Shown here: one piece after another, positions 11,969 to 23,400 of the stretch
Layout of the letters: the number at the start of each line of letters is the position of its first letter
Position numbering within the stretch: the first letter of the stretch is position 1
Source of the DNA: Chiloscyllium plagiosum
Lineage: Eukaryota
DNA length: 64,000 nt
Assembly (NCBI RefSeq): GCF_004010195.1
Contig: NC_057718.1
Location: forward strand, 34,435,239 to 34,499,238
Direction: 5' to 3'
The notes under the pieces: model-generated
Seen by the model: only the letters and a program-made list of their open reading frames with translations
Told to the model about the DNA's origin: nothing
Database searches by the model: none
Position numbers and translations under genes: made by a program

Positions 11969-12198
11969 GGGAGAAGATTTGTAGCTCGGGTGCTCGTTGT
12001 TGTGGTTCTGTTCGCCAAGCTGGGAATTTGCGTTGCAGACGTTTCGTCCCTTGTCTAGGTGACATCCTCAGTGTTTGGGAGCCTCCTTTGAAGCGTTTCT
12101 GTGATGTTTCCTCCTGCATTTATAGTGATTTGTACCTGCCGCTTCTGGTTGTCAGTTCCAGCTGTCCGCTGCAGTGGTCGGTATATTGGGTCCAGGTC
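11969..12198 (-). mobile_element. Penelope-like (Poseidon-type) 3' fragment inserted in CR1
   Basis: 11-bp TSD gagtttaattc (11958-11968 and 12199-12209). The minus strand encodes DLDPIYRPL and carries a hammerhead. Confidence 0.88.
12034..12073 (-). ncRNA. Minimal type I hammerhead ribozyme
   Basis: Sense strand: CA-CUGAGGA-UGUCACC...GGGAC-GAAACGUC-UG; the core is intact. Confidence 0.7.
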
Positions 12199-13243
12199 GA
12201 GTTTAATTCAGATAAATGCAAGGTGCTGCAATTTAGGAAAGCAAATCTTAGCAGGACTTATACACTTAATGGTAAGGTCCTAGTGAGTGTTGCTGAACAA
12301 AGAGACTTTGGAGTGCAGGTTCATAGCTCCTTGAAAGTGGAGTCGCAGGTAGGTAGGATAGTGAAGAAGGCGTTTGGTATGCTTTCCTTGAGTATTGAGT
12401 ATTGGAGTTGGGAGGTCATATTGCGGTTGTACAGGACATTGGTTAGGCCAGTGTTGGAATATTGCGTGCAATTCTGGTCTCCTTTCTATTGAAAAAATGT
12501 TGTGAAACTTGAAAAGGTTCAGAAAAGATTTAATAGGATGTTGCCAGGGTTGGAGGATTTGAGCTATAGGGAGAGGCTGAACAGGCTTCGGGCTGATTTC
12601 CCTGGAGCGTCGGAGGCTGAGGGGTGACCTTATAGAGGTTTATAGAATCATGAGAGGCATGGATAGGATAAATAGACAGAGTCTTTTCCCTGGGGTCGGG
12701 GAGTCCAGAACTAGAGGGCATAGGTTTAAGGTGAGAGGGGAAAGATATAAAAGAGACCTAAGGGGCAACTTTTTCAAGCAGAGGGTGGTACCTGTATTGA
12801 ATGAGCTGTCAGAGGAAGTGGTGGAGGCTGGTACAATTGCAACATTTAAAAGGCATTTGGATGAGTATACGGAAAGGAAGGGTTTGGAGGGATATGGGCC
12901 GGGTGCTGGCAGGTGTGACTGGTTTGGTTTGGGATATCTGGTTGGCATGGACGGGTTGGACTGAATTGTCTGTTTCCGTGTGGTACATCTCTATGACTCC
13001 ATGACTTTATAAAACAGATGTCTCAGAGGATTGTGGAAATTATGGAGATGTTTGGGATAGGATGGGGTGAAGCCAGAGTGAGTTTTAAAATCCACAATCA
13101 GAATTTCAAAACAAAAGGTTTGCTGGGTTAGGAACCAATGTTGGACCACAAGTGACTTGGTGTGAGTAAGATTTTGGGCAGTTGAGTTTCAGCCTATCTC
13201 AAGGTTCCAAACAGGTACAATGGAGGACTCCAACTAGAGTCAT

Positions 13244-13555
13244 GGGCGGCACGGTGGCACAGTGGTTAGCACTGCTGCCTCGCAGCGCCAGAGACCCGGG
13301 TTCAATTCCCGCCTCAGGCAACTGACTGTGTGGAGTTTGCACGTTCTCCCTGTGTCAGCGTGGGTTTCCTCCGGGTGCTCCGGTTTCCTCCCACAGTCCA
13401 AAGATGTGCAGGTCAGGTGAATTGGCCATGCTAAATTGTCTGTAGTGTTAGGTAAGGGGTAAATGTAGGGGTATGGGTGGTTTGCGCTTCGGCGGGTCGG
13501 TGTGGACTTGTTGGGCCGAAGGGCCTGTTTCCACACTGTAATCTAATCTAATCTA
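13244..13555 (+). mobile_element. HE1-type V-SINE, full-length and young
   Basis: A box tggcacagtgg, B box ggttcaattcc, V-domain tgtgtggagtttgcac...gggtttcctccggg, CR1-like tail and (aatct)n; nearly identical to the 20800 copy. Confidence 0.95.
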
Positions 13556-13677
13556 GAAGTATACTAGAACGGTCATGTCTAGGGTAAACAAAAACATGAA
13601 TGAAGTTTGCAACAGCAGATGAACTGAAGCAAGAATACAAGGGTACGAGTTTTGGGGGTGATGTCTTTTAAATTAGA

Positions 13678-13996
13678 GATAGAATCATAGAATCCCTATA
13701 GTGTGGAAACAGGCCCTTCAGCCCAACAAGTCCACACCGACCTTCCAAAGATCAACCCACCCAGACTAATTCCCCTACCCCAATATCACACCTGAGTAAT
13801 GCACCTAACCTACGCATCCCTGAATACTATAGGCAATTTTGCATGGCCAATTCACCTAACCTGTATGTCTTTGGACTATGGGAGGAAACCCATGCAGCCA
13901 TGGGGAGAATGTGCAAACTCCATACAGAGAGTTGCCCGAGGCTGGAATTGAACCTGGGTCCCTGGTGAAGCAGCAGTGCTAACCACTGAGCCACCC
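13678..13996 (-). mobile_element. HE1-type V-SINE
   Basis: Reverse-complement match to the 13244 copy, with an internal deletion. Confidence 0.9.
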
Positions 13997-14063
13997 TTAA
14001 AATAAGGACCAACACATAATCTACAAGCGTGAACTCATGACTTGGAAATCCCCACAATACACC

Positions 14064-14137
14064 AGGTTAACATGGGGATTGAACCCATGACCTTAGTATT
14101 ATCAGCACCACATGCTAATCATCTGAGTTAACTGACC
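14064..14137 (-). pseudogene. tRNA-Ile-like pseudogene or SINE head
   Basis: Sense strand ggtcagttaactcagatgattagcatgtggtgctgataatactaaggtcatgggttcaatcccc, similar to 25812-25885. Confidence 0.6.
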
Positions 14138-15651
14138 TACACCACAAAGAGAGATGGGCCACAACTGAGTAAAGTGACCTGTTAAGAGTGGCATACCTCC
14201 CATGCCTGTTCCATGTACCCCATGTATTCTCCATAGATTTAGGTAATCAGTAGCTTAATGGGATTTGGAGAGGGAGAGACAATGAGACCTTGTGGTTAAA
14301 ATGCACTTAGAGAGAATATAAGCGAAACTATCCTCAGGCACAAGTTCAGGATAGGTCGGGTGGATCCTTTAAAGAAGTTTGGCTTATTGGACTCTGGGAA
14401 GGGAATAAAATAGCAGAGGGAGCTAATCAAGTTGTCCTGATTTTGGTGAGAAAGAAATGCATGAGCTCATTACACATTGTTGGAATTGAGGGTGGAGGAA
14501 ACAAGAGGGACTGAAGAAGACAGTTGTAGTTGGAAAAGACACTCAAGTTATGTTTGTCCTCCAGGCTGATCCAGTACTCTGTAAAGTTATTGTAATGCCA
14601 CTCTTTGAACTGGTGGCTTTTGGTGTGAGATTGATTTACAGTGTTTGATCTTCATCAGTCTTTTGGCTTTCAGTGCCCTGCACCATGGTTTGACCAGGTA
14701 TTAGCTGTTGGGTATCTGAAAGGGGAAAGGCACAGGGATACATATATTCACACTGTCTATAGCTTGTTAATCAGAAGAGATTGGATGATAAGGTGAAGTA
14801 GGTTGTGGGAAGGTACTTTCATTGGGAATATCACCTTCTGTGGTTTAGCCCCACTGCTAGTCACAGCTTTTGTTGTGGTCAATGGCAACTACTGAGTCAT
14901 TGTCATGGTGAGGGACATGAAACCATACCTCTATTCTGCTACTTGCTGCTGCCATCTCCTGTTATGTGCTGCTTTGTCCTGTAATAAAAAATGGCAGTGT
15001 GTCAGGTTATAGTGATATGTTTGTCATAGTCAGTGTGTGCAAGCTGTGAGGTATAGGAATGAGGCTTACAATAGTAAAGTGTAGGAGAGAGTGAAGGGAA
15101 CATATGAATGCAAATTAAGAATCAAGCTTGATAGAGCTTGTTGGTAGTGAGTGAATGGTGAAGAGATGGGGAATGAATAGAACAGTATGTGTGTGAAGCT
15201 GGTGGTTTATTTGTAGACAGGTGGCATTTAAAGATGACCTCACTGACCTTGACCACTCATGTTGTACATCTTTCAGCACTGCATCAAGATTCTTAATGTC
15301 TGGCAATAACATTCACAACTGTCTTCTAAGTGGCTTTCTGGCTCAGTGGGACCTCTGTTCTCCGTTTGACTGCACTAAGACAGCCAGTGAAACTTGGAAA
15401 CTTGGAGAATGACCTCTGTCTTGCAGGACTCTATTTACCCTTCCTGTTGGTCAGGTCTTCTTCCTTAGCTCCTTTCTTAAGGTGGTACTAACCTTAGACA
15501 AACTTGAACCATCTTTTGCTGAGGAGTCCAGTCATTCAGTAGTACTACCAGGATGAACTGGATCCTGTTCTTCACTCACTCATCCCCTCAACATGTTGCA
15601 ACAGGATCAATTTTAAAAGGATCCCTTCCACGTGGTTACCTTACTCCCCGA

Positions 15652-16426
15652 GGGCAAAAGTGAGGACTGCAGATGCTGGAAACCAGAGTTTAGATCAGAG
15701 TGGTGCTGGAAAGGCCCAGCAGGTCAGGCAGCATCCAAGGAGCAGGAAAATCGACGTTTTGGGCAAAAGCCCTTCTTCAGGAGTAGAGGCAGGAAGCCTC
15801 CAGAGTGGAGAGATAAATGGGGTGGAGGGGAGGGGCAGTGGGTGTGGAGGTGGGGCTGGGGAGAATGTAGCAAACAGTACAATAGGTGAATGGGGGTGNN
15901 NNNNNNNNNNNNNNNNNNNNNNNNNNNNNNNNNNNNNNNNNNNNNNNNNNNNNNNNNNNNNNNNNNNNNNNNNNNNNNNNNNNNNNNNNNNNNNNNNNNN
16001 NNNNNNNNNNNNNNNNNNNNNNNNNNNNNNNNNNNNNNNNNNNNNNNNNNNNNNNNNNNNNNNNNNNNNNNNNNNNNNNNNNNNNNNNNNNNNNNNNNNN
16101 NNNNNNNNNNNNNNNNNNNNNNNNNNNNNNNNNNNNNNNNNNNNNNNNNNNNNNNNNNNNNNNNNNNNNNNNNNNNNNNNNNNNNNNNNNNNNNNNNNNN
16201 NNNNNNNNNNNNNNNNNNNNNNNNNNNNNNNNNNNNNNNNNNNNNNNNNNNNNNNNNNNNNNNNNNNNNNNNNNNNNNNNNNNNNNNNNNNNNNNNNNNN
16301 NNNNNNNNNNNNNNNNNNNNNNNNNNNNNNNNNNNNNNNNNNNNNNNNNNNNNNNNNNNNNNNNNNNNNNNNNNNNNNNNNNNNNNNNNNNNNNNNNNTT
16401 TCCAGCACCACTCTGATTTAAACTCT
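15652..16426. mobile_element. Penelope-like element with inverted terminal arms spanning an assembly gap
   Basis: Left arm gagtttagatcagagtggtgctggaa is mirrored by ttccagcaccactctgatttaaactc after the gap; mutated hammerhead at about 15750-15782 (-). Confidence 0.85.
15899..16398. other. Assembly gap (500 N)
   Basis: Run of N. Confidence 1.
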
Positions 16427-16564
16427 TCTTAAAACAACACATTTTGGAACTAAAAGTAAGAAAAAACCTTTGAGCTTCTGATTCAGCATAACACTCATAT
16501 TACATCCAATAGATAAGGGTGTATCTGGTACCTGGTTGTACCTGTTTTATCCAATATTTCTGCT

Positions 16565-17140
16565 ATCAAATACAAAAGCCAGGAAATTAAGCTAAATCCA
16601 TATAAAACACCAATTCAATCTTAACTGGAATATTGTGCCCAATTTTGCAACCCACACTTTACGAAGGACATATAGATTTTGCAAGGGTAAGAAGAGATTT
16701 ACTGAAATGTTTACAATAATATAGGATAAGTTTGATAGATAGATTTGAAAAACTAGTACTTCAACCATAAAGTGCTAAGAAGTGCATAATTGAAATCATA
16801 ATTGAGAGTTAGACAGAGTCAATAAAGAGAAACTGTTTCCAATAGATAAAGACTCAATAATGAAGAATGTTTTTAAGCTGATTGATGAAAGAATTAAAGG
16901 TGACATGAGGAAAAACATTTTACATCATGAATGGTAATGATTTAGAATTCCCTGCTTGATTGAATATGGATACAGATTGAGTAGTAACTTCTGAAAAGAA
17001 TTGGATGTATTCTTGAAAGGAGAAAAGTTTGCTGGGATAAGGGGAAAGAGAGGGATACTGAGGCAAACTAATGGCTCTTTAAAAGGTTTAGCATGGTTGT
17101 GATGGGTTAATAGGCCTCTTTTGTGTTGATCAGTTCTCTA
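16565..17140 (+). mobile_element. Old CR1 3' fragment
   Basis: LEYCAQF-like ctggaatattgtgcccaattt and a decayed CR1 3' UTR. Confidence 0.7.
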
Positions 17141-17217
17141 ATACAAATTAGTGTATGTCTTTGTGCAGCACACTTTAAAATATAACGCTTTAATAAATAG
17201 AGGGGTTATGTAAATAG

Positions 17218-17398
17218 AAACAAAAAACAGAAGTTACTGGAAAAGCTCAGCAAGTCTGGCAGTATCTGTGAAGAGAAATCAGAATTAACATTTCGGGTCC
17301 ATTGACCCTTCCTTTGAGCCGTCCCAGTCAGCCAGACCTGCTGAACTTTTCTAGCGTCTTCTGTTTTTGTTACTGATTTAGAGCATCCACAGTTCTTT
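17218..17398. mobile_element. Collapsed inverted-repeat Penelope-like element (second subfamily)
   Basis: aaaaacagaag..ctggaaaagctcagcaagtctggc is mirrored by gccagacctgctgaacttttctag..cttctgttttt. Confidence 0.75.
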
Positions 17399-17722
17399 CG
17401 AGTTATATAATTAATATATTTTATATCTGCTGAATTCTTCTGAGCAAATATTATAAATTTACAGTTCTGACTTAACTGCTAGTGACTACAAGGGTTGACC
17501 AGGCACTTCCATCTGGATTGGTTAATTCTGATCGCCTTTTTGCAGGGAGTATTTCACAGCCTTGAAGGAATGTTGGCATGTTACAGGTTACTCATAGAGG
17601 CTGAGTTTCACAAGTATTTCTGGAGCCTATAGATAGTGATGATAGAGGCTTCAACTAACTTTCCATCGCATAGCTAATGAGGAATCTCTCCCACTCTTAC
17701 CACCTGCCGCTAGCAGGTGTTG

Positions 17723-18030
17723 AAACATATGAACATACAAACAGGAAAAAGAGCAGGCCAACCGACCCTTCAAGCCTGTTCTGTCATTCAAAAGGATCAC
17801 GGCTGATCTGAGTTTAATTTCAACTCAACATTCCTGTACATTTCCAATAATTGTTCAACCTTTTTTTTATAAGGAGTTGATCTAATGCTACCCTAAAGGT
17901 ATTAAAATCCTGAGTGCCTTTTGAGGGGGGAATTCCAAAGACTTACAACCCTCTGAGAGAAAAAAAACAAGTTACCTCATCTCTGTCTTAAAAGGGCGAC
18001 CCCTGATTTTTAAACTATGGTGTCTCATTC
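17723..18030 (-). mobile_element. CR1 3' end fragment
   Basis: aacatatgaacatac tail and similarity to 29250-29540 and 51701-51990. Confidence 0.7.
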
Positions 18031-18694
18031 TATAAAGGGCTGACAAGTTGATAATCAACCCCATTTGGCCAATTTACAATAAGCCTTGGCCATCAAGTCT
18101 TTGAACCCAGAGATGTTGGCTCAAAGGCAGGAAAACACAAAGTGCACCACAAAACCCCCTTACAGGCACAGGCGAGATTAAATAAAACTCCACCCCAGTA
18201 GCTAACCATCTGTGTTTCAGAATCTAGACATTAACAATACAGCAATTATTTATTTGTTACCTGACTTGACTTTCAATATTCTAAATTCTCTTGCCACTTT
18301 CTTCTTTAAACAATGCCACCAAGCTTATTACTCTCCAAGCATAGGATGTTACAAGTTGAATAAACATCTTCAAATTTCACTTAAAAGGAATGAGACCCAT
18401 GGTTAATTCAGCATGAACCTTAGTGGGGGATGGGTTTACAGGCTGGAGTGAATTAGAGGCAGGATGTCTCATCTGTTAGTCTTTGCTTCCTTGTTCAATC
18501 ATCCCATGTATAAACAGACTTTTTGAATCTTAATTCTTTATTATACCCACTACATCCCATCAGCCACAAAGGGTCACCTCCACTTTATAATTTACAGTGA
18601 GATACAAACACAAAGATAGCACAAAGAGTGAAATATGGTGTCAGGCTTATATCTTCTCACATTTCACAGAGCTAGGAGACAAACACATTGACCT

Positions 18695-18708
18695 GTTGCC
18701 ATGGCAAG
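18695..18708. promoter_or_regulatory. Candidate RFX X-box
   Basis: gttgccatggcaag is a 13/14 match to GTTGCCATGGCAAC, in unique sequence. Confidence 0.4.
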
Positions 18709-20544
18709 TTTTCTTTCGAGATCAACACTCGGACTGAGGAAGCAGTAGGATTTTGCACAGTTTGATATCCACAAGCCAGCAAGAACATTCAGTGAAAAGC
18801 TTTTAAAAGAAATCAGTCAGCCTAGAGAATTAATACTGCAGGATGCATTATTTGTCTGATCAAACCTGAATTATTTGCAGCCATTACCTGTGTTTGGTAT
18901 TTTGACTGTGAGGTCTGTTTGCTTCTTTTGCCTTTTATTTTCCTGCGAGATATTTCAAGTTGTTTGTACAAATTTCTCTTATGAATTTCTCTCCAACTAA
19001 TTCATGGATAATGGGACAAATATGCTCACTCATTTGGTGTAACATAAATGATAAGTTGTGAGCGTAGAATGACCTTTTCCCCTTCATAATCCAATTTCGG
19101 CTCAGAATTACTTCAAATCCTCTGAGGGCTGGAGTTTGTTCATTCTCCCACAGAGCTGAGGTTCCCTTCAGCACAGCTGGCAGGAGTTATTAGTTATAAC
19201 AATATCTCAGGAGGAAGGGTTTCAGCCTTGAAAGAGGCCATTGTCTGGGCTTATATGAAGGCAGATTCATTATGCTTTGCAGAACACAGTTTAGAGCCCG
19301 GAATTAGGAGACCTCCTTGTGATTAAAGAAAAGAGCAGACCCTGGAACTGAAATGCTCCTCATTTAAATCAGAGGAGAAGCCGTGGTAAAGCCTGAAAGC
19401 AATGTAAGAATGAAAATAACACCAATTGAAAAGTTTTAAATAGTTGTGACTCAGTAACCTTGACTATTATCATTTAGAAGCTGATTTGAGCAAAACTTTT
19501 TTCACGTAGACTCTTCACAGGTGGCCATTCAACTGATACAAACCAGTCTTCCCCCTTTGCTTGTATTATTGCTTAAAAGAATAATTATTAATTCAAAGTA
19601 CAGAACAATAGACAAAGAATCACATGTGAAGCAGACTCTGTGTTTTGCAACATTTATCATGAAATTTAATGTAAGGAACACATAAGTCACATTTCCCTTA
19701 CTTTGTTAATTTGCAACATTTGGCAAATGTCAGCCTTTAAAGAAATTGTGATATGTCAAAGAATTTGCTTATCATGAATTAGCAAGTTAAGTCTTTTCTT
19801 AACAGTATTTGCAACTTATTTTCTTTTTAAATCCTACTCAAACTGCTGCAACACCATTATTAATGAGACCCCTTCCTTGGGAGAAAAGGTTTCCCAATTG
19901 CGATCACAGGCAAACATCCGATGACAATACCACTCAGTAGGAGGTGTATGGGACTGTTCTGGACTGACTCACTTTCTGTTTTCCCACTCATTTGGGAATG
20001 GTTCTCTTCTATTTAACACCTCTGATGACAGCTACCTTTAAAATCCAGGACAGACAATACTGTGAATCAACAGACTATAGACTCTGTCCGCACACTCCAT
20101 GCTGTAGCTTGTCAAAGCAATTATGTGTCATGCCACAAGAAAAGCGATTGTTGAAATTTTGAATCAATGGGGATACAAATAGATCTGATACAATGTATCA
20201 TCAATTTAACATTTGTCTTTACATTCTCCAAGGGACATTTTGCCTCTTTTTTTGATATGATATTTTTATTTGTATCAGTGGTTTACAGCTGTATTCCATT
20301 GTCCAGGGAGATCACACACTTTAACAGCATTCAAACCAAGAAGAAAGAACTTGGATAGATGTAAGACATTTCACTACCTTAACTCCTTTATAGCCAAGTT
20401 AGTTTTGAAGTGTATTCACTGGATTAATGTATGAAGCAAGGCAGCTAATTATACATAGTAAACTCCCTCAAAAGCAATGGAATGATGAATAGATATACTC
20501 TGTTCTAAGTGATATTGATTGAAAGATAGATATTGTCCAGAACA

Positions 20545-20617
20545 CCTGATGAAGGAGTGGCGCTCCGAAAGCTAGTGCTTCCAAGAAAACCTATTTGACT
20601 GTAACCTGGTGTTAACT
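20545..20617 (+). ncRNA. 73-bp Penelope-derived insertion consisting mostly of a minimal hammerhead
   Basis: 12-bp TSD ttgtccagaaca (20533-20544 and 20618-20629); cac-CUGAUGA-aGGAGuggcgCUCC-GAAAGCUA-gug. Confidence 0.75.
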
Positions 20618-20777
20618 TTGTCCAGAACATTGGAATGGCTTCCTTGTTATTCCTTAAAATATTGTCATGGCATTGCTTCTACATTCACCTAGGTAAGTAA
20701 TCAAGGCCTTGGTTTAACACCTCATTCAAATGAAAGCACCTTCAACAATTCTGCACTTCCTCAGTCCTACACTGGAA

Positions 20778-21872
20778 TCATAGAGTCAGACCACCATGTG
20801 GGCGGCACGGTGGCACAGTGGTTAGCACTGTTGCCTCACAGCGCCAGAGACCCGGGTTCAATTCCCGCCTCAGGTGACTGACTGTATGGAGTTTGCACAT
20901 TTTCCCCGTGTCTGTGTGGGTTTCCTCCGGGTGCTCCGGTTTCCTCCCACAGTCCAAAGATGTGCAGGTCAGGTGAATTGTCCATGCTAAATTGCCCGTA
21001 GTGTTAGGTATGGGGTAAATGTAGGGGTATGGGTGGGTTGCGCTTCGGCGGGGCGGTGTGGACTTGTTGGGCCGAAGGGCCTGTTTCCACACTGTAAGTA
21101 ATCTAATCTAAACCAGATATCCCAACCTAATCTAGTCCCATTTGCCAGTATTTGGCCCATATCCATGTAAACCCTATTCATATACCCATCCAGATGCCTA
21201 CTTAAATATTGCAGCCTCCACCACTTATTCTATGGCAACTTATTCCTTACACACACCACTGTTTGCGTGAAAACATTACCCCTTAGATCCCTTTTAAATT
21301 TTTCACCTCTCAACTTAAACCTATGCCCTCTAGTTCTGGACTCCTCCAACCCAGGGAAAAGAGTTTGTATCTTTACCCTATCCATGCCCCTCATGATTTT
21401 ACAAACCTCTATGAGGTCACTCCTCAGCCTTCGGTGCTCCAGAAAAACAGCTCGAGCCTACTCAGCCTCGCCCAATAGCTCAAACTCTCCAACTTTGGCA
21501 ACAGCCTTGTAAATTTTCCTGAACCCTTTCAAGTTTCACAACATCCTTCCGATAGGAAAAATACCAGAATTGGACACAATACTCTAAAAGTGGTCTAACC
21601 AATGTCCTATACAGCCACAACATGACCTCACAATTCCTATATGTGATGCTCTAACCAATAAAGGAAAGCATACCAAATGCCTTCTTCACTACCCTATCTA
21701 TCTGCAACCCCACTTTCAAGGAACTATGAACCTGTATTCCTAGGTCTCTTTGTTCAGCAACACTCATCAGGACGTTACCATTAAGTGTATATGTCCTGCC
21801 TGGTTTGCCTTTCCAAACTGCAGCACCTCACATTTATCTAAACTAAACTCTATCTGGCACATTGGCCCATCA
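20778..21872 (-). mobile_element. CR1 3' fragment inserted in the DeuSINE
   Basis: Reverse complement of about 12210-12990. Confidence 0.9.
20800..21111 (+). mobile_element. HE1-type V-SINE, full-length and young
   Basis: Nearly identical to 13244-13555. Confidence 0.95.
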
Positions 21873-22539
21873 AGATTCTGAGAGAGAGAGGGAGGCAGAG
21901 ACAGAGAGGTGTGTATGTGTGTGAAACAGAGAGAGAGAGAAAGGAGAGGGTTGCACTAAATTTTCATACTCAAGTTTCTGGAGCAGGAATGTGAAGTGAC
22001 ACACTTCAACTTCACAGGCAAGTGTGCTCTAAACCGCGCCACAGCTGAGTCAGAACTGACATTTTCAAAAATGCATCCTTAGGCTGCTGGTGCTTTTAAA
22101 AGTCATCTTTACTTGCACTAAGGGTTATAATGGTCTTGCAATGCTGTGGCTCTTGTGGTAGTAATATGTCATGTGAATTCTAGCATGGTGGTCCAGTGAT
22201 GCTAAAAAAACTAGTCACATATGTCAAAGTTAGGATTCTGTGTGATTTGGAGTGGAACTCTACTTTTTTATATGCAACATTAAGTATGATTAAAAAGTTC
22301 AAATATATTCTCCACTGCGACATCCATTCTGCCTTATTTCCAACATTGCAAAAAAGGCTTATCCATGTTTTTTTGTCCTTTCCAAACTTTGTTTGAAGAC
22401 CTTGCACTGGCCTCTGAATTGCAACTCTACATTGACTCCAAACTGTCCAAACTCAATCACTCACATTTCATCCTCCATTATGTTTATGTAACTCCTGTCA
22501 CTATTGACCTTGATTCTTGAGCCACTTCATTTATGTGGG

Positions 22540-22930
22540 TAGTTTGTAAAAGAGAGATCAGTTTGTTCCTTAATGTTGGGAAGGTTGAGAGCAGATGCAT
22601 ATGTTCAAATCATGAGAATTCCAAAATAGAGCAGATAAAGAGAAACTGCTCCCCTTGGTGGAAGGGTCGAGTACCAAAGGAAAGTTATTTAACTTTAATT
22701 ACAAAGCAAAAGAAATAAGTAAAAGCATTTCTTAGAGAGTGTATGGTGATGACTGGAAAAGCACTGCCTGTGAGTTATTGGAGGAAGGCTCATTCTTTCC
22801 TGCAAATATTTTATTGGATAATTATCCAAAGAGAGACACATTGCAGTGGGACAGATTGGGAATGGCATTGGATGAATTGTTCTTGCATATCTTGGGACAT
22901 CATGGCCTCACTCTGCGTGGTAACCATTTT
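22540..22930 (+). mobile_element. Old CR1 3' fragment
   Basis: Decayed equivalent of the RTRGH region and 3' UTR. Confidence 0.5.
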
Positions 22931-23099
22931 GTGGTGGTATTAGAGGACAGTTTTCAAGTGGCTGTGATTGGATTTGTGCCTGAGTTCAGCTGACAGTTAA
23001 TTTCTGAGGCTTTTTTTTGTATTGACTTAACGATATTGATACAATATTGTAATGAACAGGATTATAGTATAGAACTGATGTATCAAAATGGATTTCCCC

Positions 23100-23400
23100 C
23101 TATTCTTTATTCCACCCTTTCTCCTTTAGAAGGTGCTAACTGTCCTGGTAGATAGTGCCAAGAGCACAGAATGGCTTCTGTATCTTGCTCAAGTGACAAT
23201 TCTTCATGTGGGAGACTCGGCAATGACCAAAGGCATGCCTAATTAACTGAAGCAACCATCAGTGTCATTCCTGATCTGTGTGATATCTAGTAGGATCGCC
23301 TGAAAAGATATGAGGAATGGGAATACAGCTTGCTTTGTTCCATTCCTAAACCAGGGCTATTTGAGAGGCTAATTTGTAGATCCCTCTATTCTAGCCCCAA
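23100..23400 (-). mobile_element. Old SINE-like repeat; related copies at about 40560-40730 (+) and 52940-53160 (+)
   Basis: cttgctcaagtgacaattcttcatgtg mirrors tgaagaacatgtgcttaagtgagatact near 53120; the copies are very diverged. Confidence 0.4.

Larger units (their letters stand above)
10960..13010 (+). mobile_element. 5'-truncated CR1 (HER1-like) LINE, RT pseudogene
   Basis: ORFs 11036-11476, 11400-11984 ([19 protein letters not shown]) and 12650-12964 (RTRGH); (ctatgact)n-like tail. Confidence 0.95.
13011..15600 (-). mobile_element. Old L2 LINE remnants hosting SINE insertions
   Basis: 13011-13640 resembles 2060-2380. Near 14430-14480 the minus strand reads CNELMHFFLTKI, an L2 linker-type motif. 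Confidence 0.55.
20342..22049 (-). mobile_element. DeuSINE (SacSINE1/AmnSINE-like), split by nested insertions
   Basis: 20342-20777 holds an L2-type tail and Deu-like domain (ggccttggtttaacacctcattcaaatgaaagcacc...gcacttcctcagt). The head resumes at about 21955-22049. Confidence 0.75.

Noticed and set aside
13240..13536. Repeated ORF MWKQALRPNKSTP (also at 20778-21092)
   Set aside because: Antisense translation of HE1 SINE copies.
13490..13555. HE1 tail shared with CR1 3' ends as a novelty
   Set aside because: This is the established HE1 SINE/HER1 LINE partnership.
15660..16442. Long ORFs of 176-253 aa
   Set aside because: Artefacts of translating through the N gap.
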